Part shown: positions 6,724 through 15,278 of the stretch, in pieces
How positions within the stretch are numbered: the first letter of the stretch is position 1
Layout: every line of letters starts with the position of its first letter
DNA from: a virus
Lineage: Duplodnaviria; Caudoviricetes
DNA length: 43,311 bases
Virus record (IMG/VR): IMGVR_UViG_3300033514_000249
Location: 1 to 43,311 of that record
Strand: one strand, 5' to 3'
Translations under genes and position numbers: made by a program
Notes under the pieces: generated by a model
Told to the model about the DNA's origin: nothing
Databases searched by the model: none
Seen by the model: only the letters and a program-made list of their open reading frames with translations

Positions 6724-8361
6724 ATGAAAAAAGTGAAAAATTATGATGATTATTTATTAGATTTATTAGTAGAATCTATTACATCTGAAGCACCATTGTT
6801 ATTTTCAGAGAGATTTAATAATTTACTTAGACAAATAAAACATCCAATAAGTGATTATTTTTTGACAAATTATCTTAAACCAGGATATAAATTTACATAT
6901 GTTGATTTGGATGATAGTGGTATAGACAAAGTATCTTTCATTACTACTACTAAAGCAGTTGAAGTAATATCAGATTGGAATGGTACAGATAAAGAAAAAT
7001 TTAGTGAATTAAATAGTAATACTAACATGGTTTTTAATAATCTTATGTATAATAGTAATTTAAAAAATCTGATGTATTCTAAATTTAGATCAACTACATC
7101 AATTGGTAAATTAATTGGTAAATTATTTCCTAAACAATTTAAACCAGCTCTTGAAAAAGATAAAGATGGTAAACCAACTAATTTAGGTGAAGATATACAA
7201 TCATTTGTAGATAAATTTAAATCATTAAGGGATGTTACTCAATTAAAGTTAGTACATGGTGATGATATTGTTAAATGGTATCTTAGAGATAATTATATAA
7301 ATGGAGAAGATACAGATGGTACATTAGGTAGTTCCTGTATGAGATATGATAGATGTCAACAATTTGTTCAATTTTATGTAGATAATAAAGATAAAGTTTC
7401 TTTATTAATATTACCTACCAAAAATGAAAATGGTGAAGATAAAATAAAAGGAAGAGCTCTTGTATGGAAATTAAGTGTTCCAGAAGAAAGAACATTCATG
7501 GATAGAATTTATACTGTTAATGTTTATGATGAAGAATTATTTAAAAGTTATGCTAAAGATAAGGGATGGTTATATAAAGCACATCAAAATAGCGGTGTAG
7601 AAGAAATAGTTGATACTAAAGATGATACAAAATCTTATTTAGATATGGAAGTAGATGGTATTGTAAATAGTACTACTGATTATTACCCATATATGGATAC
7701 ATTAAAATATTATAATGAAAATGATGGTATTTTAGCAAGTGATGATAATAGATTTAGTGGAGAAGAACATTATGAATTAAGTAGTACAGGTGGACATCGT
7801 AGTGAAGTTGAAAGTAATGAAAATAGAGTTTGGGTTGAATTTTATGAAGAATATTTTGATGAAGATGATTTAGACTGGTGTGAATTAGGAGAAGAATATC
7901 GTACACATGATGATGCTGTTTGGTTAAATTTTTATGAACAAAGTGCTACACAGGAATATGTAGATTCGCATATGACTGAATGTGATTATGTTAAAGGATA
8001 TGGTTATGACCGTTATAGAAAAGATGGTGATTATATTGAAATATATGGTAGTAATGAAACAGCTGCTAATGATTATGCTGAAAATAATTTATCTTATAGT
8101 GGATATCATAATGATTATTTACCGGAAGGTGAAGATGTATTTTCAGAATATCATCAAGATTATATCTATAGACAAGAAGCAGTGGAAGTATATATTACTG
8201 AATCTGCATCTGAAACAGATTGGAGAGCAGAAGATGATGGTAGTTGGTGGGAATGGGATCATGATGGAGAAAAATATGATGAAAATGTTAAAAAAGAAGA
8301 ATTAGAAGAATATCACGGACTTAATGATGAAGAAGATGTAGAAGAAGACATAGAAGAATAA
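6724..8361 (+). CDS. Large hypothetical protein (SCMRY/GRALVW/FMDRIY family) with acidic repetitive C-terminus
   Basis: 545-aa ORF, leader MKKVKNYDDYLLDLLVES, conserved-looking core motifs, TTAATATATA at 6709-6718. Confidence 0.75.
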   Translation: MKKVKNYDDYLLDLLVESITSEAPLLFSERFNNLLRQIKHPISDYFLTNYLKPGYKFTYVDLDDSGIDKVSFITTTKAVEVISDWNGTDKEKFSELNSNTNMVFNNLMYNSNLKNLMYSKFRSTTSIGKLIGKLFPKQFKPALEKDKDGKPTNLGEDIQSFVDKFKSLRDVTQLKLVHGDDIVKWYLRDNYINGEDTDGTLGSSCMRYDRCQQFVQFYVDNKDKVSLLILPTKNENGEDKIKGRALVWKLSVPEERTFMDRIYTVNVYDEELFKSYAKDKGWLYKAHQNSGVEEIVDTKDDTKSYLDMEVDGIVNSTTDYYPYMDTLKYYNENDGILASDDNRFSGEEHYELSSTGGHRSEVESNENRVWVEFYEEYFDEDDLDWCELGEEYRTHDDAVWLNFYEQSATQEYVDSHMTECDYVKGYGYDRYRKDGDYIEIYGSNETAANDYAENNLSYSGYHNDYLPEGEDVFSEYHQDYIYRQEAVEVYITESASETDWRAEDDGSWWEWDHDGEKYDENVKKEELEEYHGLNDEEDVEEDIEE

Positions 8362-8389
8362 AAAAAGGGGAAAATTACTTCCCCTTTTT
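8360..8389. terminator. Bidirectional intrinsic terminator
   Basis: aaaaaggggaa-aattac-ttccccttttt between convergent genes. Confidence 0.8.
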
Positions 8390-8392
8390 CTT

Positions 8393-9283
8393 TTAAAATA
8401 TTAGACTACCTTCATTATCCCAACGACAATATAGTTTTCCATTTTCTCTTAAAATAACATATTTAAGTGAATCAACATTATTTTTACTCATACAATCATC
8501 ATCCATTACAGTTGACATTCCTTCAATTGAATATACCTTACCACCAAAAGGAAGAACATAAAGACATTCACCGGAACCTTCAATATAATATTTAATTGAA
8601 TTTAAAGTTACATCAGAACAAGCATGTTCATTAACCCATTTAGTTTGTGCTAAATCATCTTTACTTGAACTATATAACTTTCTGAAAGTTACTTGGTCAG
8701 GTTTCAACTGAACTAATTTGGTTATTAATTTATGAGGATTTACATTTTCATAGTCAGAAGTCATATTAAGACTTAATCTGATATTAAAACCATTTTCTTT
8801 TAGAAAAGAAATAAGTCCATCTAATTTGAATTGAAGGTTTTCTTTAACACCAATGATTTCCATATTCCTTACATCATCAAATACATTAGATACAGAAAGA
8901 CTGATAGTATTAACACCCAATTCTTTAAGAAGATTAATATTAAACCAATCTGCCTTTTTAGCACCATGTTTATCAACTATATACTGAAATGTTTCAAGCA
9001 TTACACCTGAAGTTTGGAGTTCTACATTAGGGAATGGTTGACCCATTTCATTAAAAATTTCTACTAAATTAGTTAAAAACTTTCTATTTTGAAGAGCTTC
9101 ACCTGTACCTGTAAGAATACAAGTATTAATATTATTCATTATTGCCCATTTAATCCTTTTGGTTATCTGTACTTTATCAAAAGTATCACAATAAGGATTA
9201 TCATGCATCTTACTAACACAAAATTTACAATCATTTACACAACCTTTGGTTGGAACTACAATAGAAATTGTTTGGATATTCAT
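8393..9283 (-). CDS. Radical SAM protein (start revised to MNIQTIS)
   Basis: CVNDCKFC (CxxxCxxC) and LTGTGEAL. The annotated upstream start overlaps a TATCTTTG promoter at 9308-9315. Confidence 0.85.
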   Translation of the reverse strand: MNIQTISIVVPTKGCVNDCKFCVSKMHDNPYCDTFDKVQITKRIKWAIMNNINTCILTGTGEALQNRKFLTNLVEIFNEMGQPFPNVELQTSGVMLETFQYIVDKHGAKKADWFNINLLKELGVNTISLSVSNVFDDVRNMEIIGVKENLQFKLDGLISFLKENGFNIRLSLNMTSDYENVNPHKLITKLVQLKPDQVTFRKLYSSSKDDLAQTKWVNEHACSDVTLNSIKYYIEGSGECLYVLPFGGKVYSIEGMSTVMDDDCMSKNNVDSLKYVILRENGKLYCRWDNEGSLIF

Positions 9284-9325
9284 AATAGATTTGTTTTGAT
9301 TAGAGTACAAAGATAAATAAAAATA

Positions 9326-10027
9326 TTAATATATCCATTTTTTTTTTTTTTTTTTTTCTTTAGTTAGTGCATAATCTTCAAGTGATTTAATTTTAAAATG
9401 TTTAATTTTTAAAATTTTCATTGTTCTTTCTAATAACGTTTTGTTAATTCTATCTATCTGTTTCCATCCCTTAACTTCTAATCCATTAGCTCTTAACATA
9501 GTTCTGGTTGTTTCATACATAGTAGCAGTGGGTATTTTTTCAAATATTTTTAATTTACAATGTACATAAGAATCTGGTAAACTTTCATATAAATCATTAC
9601 CATCATAAAATAAACCACTTGATGTTAAATCAACTTTAGATAATAAATTATAAAATCCTTCAACATGGTCATTAAATTTCCAATGTAAACCTGTATATGG
9701 TCTTATTAATTGAACAATCTTATCATTCTTATTAATATAAGTCTTTGGTTTAAATATACATTCAATACCCTTATACATATCATAAACATCTGGTTTAACT
9801 AAATCTACTAGTTTATAACCATGCATTTCCAATACAATAGTCATTACTTTTAATGATTGAGATAAACCCATTACATCAATATCTTTAATATTTTCTACTT
9901 TACCACCTGATACAATATCCCTAATAGCACCACCAAATATAACACAGAAATCATTTCTATTAAATAATTCATCTGAATTAAATTCTAAGTATTCATCTAA
10001 CTTACTTTTAATTAATTCTTTTTTCAT
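9326..10027 (-). CDS. Nucleotidyltransferase with poly(A) polymerase/CCA-adding-type head domain
   Basis: IFGGAIRDIV...KDIDV catalytic signature; the usual RRD motif is degenerate (KVDLT). Confidence 0.65.
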   Translation of the reverse strand: MKKELIKSKLDEYLEFNSDELFNRNDFCVIFGGAIRDIVSGGKVENIKDIDVMGLSQSLKVMTIVLEMHGYKLVDLVKPDVYDMYKGIECIFKPKTYINKNDKIVQLIRPYTGLHWKFNDHVEGFYNLLSKVDLTSSGLFYDGNDLYESLPDSYVHCKLKIFEKIPTATMYETTRTMLRANGLEVKGWKQIDRINKTLLERTMKILKIKHFKIKSLEDYALTKEKKKKKKWIY

Positions 10028-10737
10028 TTAACATAGTTTAAAAACCATCTCTGAAACATATTAGGTAATATGGTATGGTCTGAGAAACCATATAAGCCAC
10101 AACTAAAGAAGTCATGACATTCGATTACAAATGTATTAAAATAATTAACACCCACATCTAAAGTATATGCAATAGGTGCATCTTTATATTTTAATATCAT
10201 TCCTTTAATAGTATCCACACTTGGAAATCTTGTAAAGTCACCTGAATAATTATGTAGTCCAACTAATTTTCCTTTATAGATAAATGCTCTCCATTCACTT
10301 TGAATATCAACATATTGTGACATTTGATAATTTCCTGGTAGAATGATAGTATTTTCATTTACATCAATAATTTCAGAAAATTCTTTTATTTTATCATTAC
10401 TTTTAATAAACCATTTTCCTCTTAAAGTATTGATATCTTTTTCAGTACCATTCATTATATTTCTATATGTGGAATTAAATAATACTTCTGGTACATTAAT
10501 AGGTTTAGGTGTTTTTTCATAAAAGTATTGTAGAAATGCTGTTACAAATTCAACACTTCCAATAGGTATATATGCATTCATATGTGATTTAAAACAATCA
10601 TCTTTAAATTCAATTGTTTTATATTTCATATAGTTCTTATCATCATGTAACCAATTCTGATACCTTATTGATTCTAATAAGGTGAAGGAGAAATCATGTT
10701 TGATTTCCCCATCAATCTTTTGTATTAAAAATTTCAT
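10024..10737 (-). CDS. ATP-grasp domain protein (DUF4343/R2K-like)
   Basis: WFIKS..K, SEWRAFIYKGK, AYTLDVG, VIECHDFFSCGLYG. Confidence 0.8.
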   Translation of the reverse strand: MKFLIQKIDGEIKHDFSFTLLESIRYQNWLHDDKNYMKYKTIEFKDDCFKSHMNAYIPIGSVEFVTAFLQYFYEKTPKPINVPEVLFNSTYRNIMNGTEKDINTLRGKWFIKSNDKIKEFSEIIDVNENTIILPGNYQMSQYVDIQSEWRAFIYKGKLVGLHNYSGDFTRFPSVDTIKGMILKYKDAPIAYTLDVGVNYFNTFVIECHDFFSCGLYGFSDHTILPNMFQRWFLNYVK

Positions 10738-10748
10738 ATGTTTATATT

Positions 10749-11378
10749 TTAAAATATTCCTAAGAATTTACTTCTTTTTTTAGGTTCTTCTTCTTTAACT
10801 GTTTTAACTTCTTTTAATTCATCTTGAATATTTTTTTCCCGGTTAAGAAGTTCATCTTCCATTTGTTTTAATTCCTTTTCTTTTTCAAGTAAAATTGCTT
10901 CTTGGTCAATGAGTTCTTTCTTTTTAAGAAGTTCTTTCTCTCTAGTTTTTAAAAGTTCTTCTTTCCTTTTCAGTTCATCTTTTTTATCAAGAAGACTTTT
11001 CAATTTTTTAAGTTTTTTTGATCTACTATCATTTGAAAGTGTTAATGTTAAATCATCAATTTCTTTCAGATAATTCCAAAAATCTTTAGTCATAAGACCT
11101 TGCATTGGTGTATTCTGAACTTCAAGTACAAGAAATTGACCAACATTAGGTACACCTGTTTCAATCTTTTTAGTAAGTTTATCAACAGTCCATAAAGTAT
11201 TTTCAAGAGTACCTAATGTGTAGAATCTACCACCCCATAGACGTTGCCAAGAATAATGATATTTCTTATCTGGTATGTTTGATTTTAACTCATTTTCAAT
11301 AAAATGTTTAAATTTTTCATTTACACTAGAATCATTATTACTGACTATCAAAAAATGTTTTTCTTTTGGATTTGGCAT
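10749..11378 (-). CDS. Hypothetical coiled-coil protein
   Basis: K/E/L-rich heptad C-terminal half; host-type promoter upstream. Confidence 0.65.
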   Translation of the reverse strand: MPNPKEKHFLIVSNNDSSVNEKFKHFIENELKSNIPDKKYHYSWQRLWGGRFYTLGTLENTLWTVDKLTKKIETGVPNVGQFLVLEVQNTPMQGLMTKDFWNYLKEIDDLTLTLSNDSRSKKLKKLKSLLDKKDELKRKEELLKTREKELLKKKELIDQEAILLEKEKELKQMEDELLNREKNIQDELKEVKTVKEEEPKKRSKFLGIF

Positions 11379-11403
11379 ATCATTAAGTTTTAATATTCAA
11401 CCA

Positions 11404-11434
11404 CAAAGATAATAATAATTATTGTCTTTCCAAA
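11404..11434 (-). promoter_or_regulatory. Bacteroidota-type -33/-7 promoter
   Basis: TTTG-N19-TATCTTTG on the minus strand. Confidence 0.65.
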
Positions 11435-11805
11435 AATTTCTTATAGTTTTCTATCAAAGATTTAATATTTCTTCCTCCAACAGTATTCTGTGAATGAACC
11501 AAATAATCAGGTGGTGCTAAATTATTATCAATACAATAATCAACTAACCATTGTGCACAGTGATAACCAGTCTTTTCATTATATTTACTATAATCAATAA
11601 CACCATTTATAGGAGTTTCATAGTGAATATCTGCTAAGTCATGATCAAAGCTTATGGTATTAGGCATACCATTTTGAGTTATACATGAAACAAATTCATT
11701 ATAACTTCTAACAATATCCCATTTGGCTTTATTGTAAATTGGATTTCCTGTGTAGAAGAAAGAATCTCCAGGAAATCTTTCATCATCTAAGTATAGGTTG
11801 TACAT
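11419..11805 (-). CDS. Cyclic-phosphate-processing receiver domain protein
   Basis: LYLDDER...ISFDHDL...TGYHCAQWL...VHSQNTVG signature. Confidence 0.8.
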   Translation of the reverse strand: MYNLYLDDERFPGDSFFYTGNPIYNKAKWDIVRSYNEFVSCITQNGMPNTISFDHDLADIHYETPINGVIDYSKYNEKTGYHCAQWLVDYCIDNNLAPPDYLVHSQNTVGGRNIKSLIENYKKFLERQ

Positions 11806-12199
11806 TTTCTTTAATTTTTTTAATTTTTTTAATTCTTCTATCTAATAAGATAGATTCAATTACTTCTACATATAATGGTGGAATCTTTATTTTTAATATA
11901 TTATTCAAATGTTCGGTATTACAATCAATAAATTTAATCCATTTTAAAGGATCCCCACCTTTTATACCATAAGTACCCCAAAGTAAATTATTTTTTTTCT
12001 TTTCAAATGAATCATCTTCATATAAAAATAATGGAATGAAATCATACATACCACCAACTGGATATCCATATCTAATATATTCATGACCACCATCCACAAA
12101 ATATTCTTCATGTGATTGATAGTCATGAACATCCCTTGATATTATAATAGTACCATCAGGTGTTTGTAATGCATTTTGAATAATGTTATTCATTTCCAA
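11783..12199 (-). CDS. Hypothetical phage protein
   Basis: QNALQTPDGTIIISRDVHDY..VDGGHEYIR; C-terminal RRIKKIKKI. Confidence 0.7.
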   Translation of the reverse strand: MEMNNIIQNALQTPDGTIIISRDVHDYQSHEEYFVDGGHEYIRYGYPVGGMYDFIPLFLYEDDSFEKKKNNLLWGTYGIKGGDPLKWIKFIDCNTEHLNNILKIKIPPLYVEVIESILLDRRIKKIKKIKENVQPILR

Positions 12200-12416
12200 A
12201 TATTTTTTTAATTACTTCAAATTGTTCTTCAATAGAATAACCATGTTCAACCCCAATTATAAATTGTTTTAATAATTTATCCATTGTCATATCCATAGAT
12301 TTTAAAGATTCATTTAATACAAGATGAACTTCTTCTTCAGTCATCCAATCTTCTCTTATAATATCTAAGAAAAGATTCTGGATTCTATCTTCTATGTTTG
12401 GTAATTCTACACTCAT
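12186..12416 (-). CDS. Hypothetical protein
   Basis: Tightly packed in the operon. Confidence 0.6.
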   Translation of the reverse strand: MSVELPNIEDRIQNLFLDIIREDWMTEEEVHLVLNESLKSMDMTMDKLLKQFIIGVEHGYSIEEQFEVIKKIFGNE

Positions 12417-12622
12417 TTTATCTTATATTTTTTCATTAACCACATCATAAAAACAAAAAACAATCCCATAAATCCCCAAAGAAATAAAAATGCTTCATCA
12501 GATATATCCTTACTTCCTTTATCTTTTTTTAACTTCTTGTTATATATAATTGCAGCAATTAATCCTACAATAAACCAAAAAATCCATATCATAATTTTAA
12601 TAAGTTTGTTGTACTTGAGCAA
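12413..12622 (-). CDS. Small membrane protein (2 TM; true start may be MIWIF)
   Basis: Two hydrophobic segments. Confidence 0.55.
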   Translation of the reverse strand: MLKYNKLIKIMIWIFWFIVGLIAAIIYNKKLKKDKGSKDISDEAFLFLWGFMGLFFVFMMWLMKKYKIK

Positions 12623-13136
12623 AACTTAATTCAAGTGGTGTTGAACGACCAAAGATTTTAACATCCAATTTAAGTTTTCTTTTATCATTATTAATTTCTT
12701 GAACAGTTCCATTAAATCCAAGAAATGGTCCATCTACAATTTTAATAGATTCACCTATATTGAACTTTTCCATTGACTTTTCATCAGCATTCGCTAAATC
12801 ATCCATTTGTCCTAATATCCTTGTTACTTCATCCGGTCTTAATGCAGTAGGTGTTTTATCACCAAGAAATCCAACTACAAAGTTAATGATTTTATTTAAA
12901 CCACCTAATTCACCAATAATACTTGGATCAGTTTCAATTAAGATATAACCAGGATAGTGATTCCTTTCATTACCAACTTTCTTTCCTTTTCTCATATGGA
13001 ATACCTTTTCCATAGGAATGACAATTTGTTTAACTTTATCACCAAATCCTAAGTTTCTAATTTCACTTTCAAGTTGTTCTTTAACTTTCTTTTCTTTACC
13101 AGCAACTGCTCTAATTACATACCATTTTGTATCCAT
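12597..13136 (-). CDS. nusG: Transcription termination/antitermination factor NusG
   Basis: KWYVIRAVAGKEKKV, YPGYILI, KOW IVDGPFLGFNGTV, IFGRSTPLEL. Confidence 0.93.
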   Translation of the reverse strand: MDTKWYVIRAVAGKEKKVKEQLESEIRNLGFGDKVKQIVIPMEKVFHMRKGKKVGNERNHYPGYILIETDPSIIGELGGLNKIINFVVGFLGDKTPTALRPDEVTRILGQMDDLANADEKSMEKFNIGESIKIVDGPFLGFNGTVQEINNDKRKLKLDVKIFGRSTPLELSFAQVQQTY

Positions 13137-13357
13137 ATTTTATTTATTATTTTATTTATTTTTAATTTTCTTTGTTTTTCTATACTATCAGTAATAAGAT
13201 TATCAATATAATTTTCTATTCCTTTATAATCATATACATTAATACTATAAGGTCTACTATGTGTTAACCATAAAAATCCAAACCATAATTTATCTACTCT
13301 CCAATTTTCACCAAATGGTGATGTATATTCATATACATATCTATATTTAGATTTCAC
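13115..13357 (-). CDS. Hypothetical protein
   Basis: Operonic; C-terminal RKLKINKI. Confidence 0.6.
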   Translation of the reverse strand: MKSKYRYVYEYTSPFGENWRVDKLWFGFLWLTHSRPYSINVYDYKGIENYIDNLITDSIEKQRKLKINKIINKIWIQNGM

Positions 13358-13629
13358 TATTCATTTATTTTTTCTGAGTAATCAAAATCAAATTTATCTA
13401 ATTTTTCTCTTATTTCCTTATAAGTATCAGTTTGTCTAATAAGAAAAGGAATTACAAAAAGTGGTGATAATATCCACATAATTACTGACCTAATTAACCA
13501 AGGTAGAAAATAATATATTCTACCTAATTTACTTAATACTTCCCAATCTTCTTTTATATGATTAGTATAAAATTCTGAAAGGAATTCATAAAATAGTTTT
13601 TTCATATTTTTATTTTTTATTTTTTTCAT
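13357..13629 (-). CDS. Hypothetical membrane protein
   Basis: Hydrophobic stretch YFLPWLIRSVIMWILSPLFVIPFLI. Confidence 0.6.
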   Translation of the reverse strand: MKKIKNKNMKKLFYEFLSEFYTNHIKEDWEVLSKLGRIYYFLPWLIRSVIMWILSPLFVIPFLIRQTDTYKEIREKLDKFDFDYSEKINE

Positions 13630-13694
13630 TAATTATATCATCAGAAGTCTTTCCACATTTTATACATGGACTACCATCTGATTTAAATTTATGT

Positions 13695-13958
13695 TTACAT
13701 TTTTTCATTTTTTAATTTTTTAATTTTTTCTTTTCTTAAATATATATTTGCTTCTTCAATATAATGTTTAAGGTGTATTTTATCTTTATCAATAATAAAA
13801 TTTTCAAGTGTTAAGTTTGCTGCTCTATAATCTTTACCATTTCTTATTAATTCTTTATTTATTTCATCAGTTTTTTTAAGTAATAGTTGATATGCCTTTT
13901 CAATTAATGGTGATGTTTCAACATTCCATAATTCTTTATTCTCTTTACTTAAATCCAT
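13695..13958 (-). CDS. Hypothetical protein
   Basis: Operonic; C-terminal RKEKIKKL. Confidence 0.6.
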   Translation of the reverse strand: MDLSKENKELWNVETSPLIEKAYQLLLKKTDEINKELIRNGKDYRAANLTLENFIIDKDKIHLKHYIEEANIYLRKEKIKKLKNEKM

Positions 13959-14326
13959 AATTTATTTATTGACTTTTCACTTTCAATTAATTTTCTTCTT
14001 GTTTCTTTTCTAACTTCATCCATTCTATCATCAAAATCTTTCCATTCTTCCGGACTAATTTTTCTTGTTATTGAATCATCAACAAACTTTGTTTCTATTT
14101 TCATAATTTTATTATTCTTATTTTTTGATGTTTTTAAAATCATTTTAATAAGTTCATCCTTTGACAAATCCAAAAGATTTCCAAGATAATCTTCACCAAA
14201 TTCCATCCTATCAACACAAATTCCTATACTTTTATTCCCGGTACAACCTTTATGTGTTCTAACATATGGATTACTATCATGAAAGAATGTATTACACCCA
14301 TAACAAAAATGTCCTTTGCTTATCAT
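13949..14326 (-). CDS. Hypothetical protein (Cys/His-rich N-terminus)
   Basis: CYGC..H..C..C; overlapping stop and start with its neighbours. Confidence 0.55.
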   Translation of the reverse strand: MISKGHFCYGCNTFFHDSNPYVRTHKGCTGNKSIGICVDRMEFGEDYLGNLLDLSKDELIKMILKTSKNKNNKIMKIETKFVDDSITRKISPEEWKDFDDRMDEVRKETRRKLIESEKSINKLWI

Positions 14327-14559
14327 ATTTTTAATTTTATAGTTAATAAATCACCTTTTAATTCAAAATCATATAAGTTCTTACTATTTGGATTATTATC
14401 TAAACTAAGTAGTGAACTTCTTTTAATATTATCTACTATTTCCTCATAAAATTGATTATCAAATAGATAAAATTGGGCAGTCTTAATAGTTCCATCTACA
14501 TAGATGATATCTTCAATATAACCAATAATTTGATTTTTATATTTTAAAGGGGATTTCAA
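14323..14559 (-). CDS. Hypothetical protein
   Basis: ATGA overlap with the downstream gene. Confidence 0.55.
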   Translation of the reverse strand: MKSPLKYKNQIIGYIEDIIYVDGTIKTAQFYLFDNQFYEEIVDNIKRSSLLSLDNNPNSKNLYDFELKGDLLTIKLKI

Positions 14560-14599
14560 TATTATTATATTTAATAAATTTATAAAAGTTTAAATTATT

Positions 14600-14751
14600 G
14601 TTCTTAGTAGGGGAAGAACTTTGCGCAGACCGAATGAAATTATCATAAGTCTAGTCCTTCCCTCTTACCTAAACACCATCATTAGCTTTGCATTTTATAT
14701 GATGGTAGTGGGGTTTTCACCCATCTTTGAAACGAAGTTCTAACGAACCTC
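14600..14751 (-). ncRNA. Structured intergenic RNA of unknown family
   Basis: GC-elevated, ORF-free. Stems gaggttc/gaacttc, gggt-GAAA-accc, accatcat/atgatggt, agggaag/cttcccct and agac/gtct. Confidence 0.55.
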
Positions 14752-14753
14752 AT

Positions 14754-14996
14754 TTATAGTATAATTTTTTTATAGTTAGACATTTCTTTATTCCATTCAT
14801 AATCACTTGGATTGAATGTAATAACTTCTATATCTAAATTATGTAAGAAATAATCACCAGCATCTCTTGCATTATCTTCACTTAATAATTGATAAATGTG
14901 TTCTTCTGATGTTCCTTCATCAGTAAAGAAATCATTTATTTTTATTTCATCATCTGAAATAGTAAACTTCATTGAATTAATAATAACTTCTCTCAT
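14754..14996 (-). CDS. Hypothetical protein
   Basis: ORF in the minus-strand operon. Confidence 0.55.
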   Translation of the reverse strand: MREVIINSMKFTISDDEIKINDFFTDEGTSEEHIYQLLSEDNARDAGDYFLHNLDIEVITFNPSDYEWNKEMSNYKKIIL

Positions 14997-15007
14997 ATAT
15001 TTATATA

Positions 15008-15259
15008 TTAAACTTTAACTTTAAGATAATTCAAATACCATCTTGTAACATCTTCTTTTTCAGGAAACCACCCATTATTTTCTTCAATGTGGTACTTACA
15101 AAAATCATTTAATGTAAGTTTGTATTTATCCACATCAATTCCTTTACAATCACAATAATTATCAACATAATTTTCATAGTTGATACTACCTGATTCATGG
15201 AGTTCATAAGTTAATTCAACTCCTAAATCATACAAAAAATCTACTAATGTGTTGTTCAT
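15008..15259 (-). CDS. Hypothetical protein
   Basis: ORF in the minus-strand operon. Confidence 0.55.
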   Translation of the reverse strand: MNNTLVDFLYDLGVELTYELHESGSINYENYVDNYCDCKGIDVDKYKLTLNDFCKYHIEENNGWFPEKEDVTRWYLNYLKVKV

Positions 15260-15278
15260 GGTTAATGTTATTATTTTT

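Noticed and set aside
14600-14751. Fluoride riboswitch or hammerhead (GCTAATGA segment)
   Set aside because: The other required conserved elements and pairings are not in the right order.
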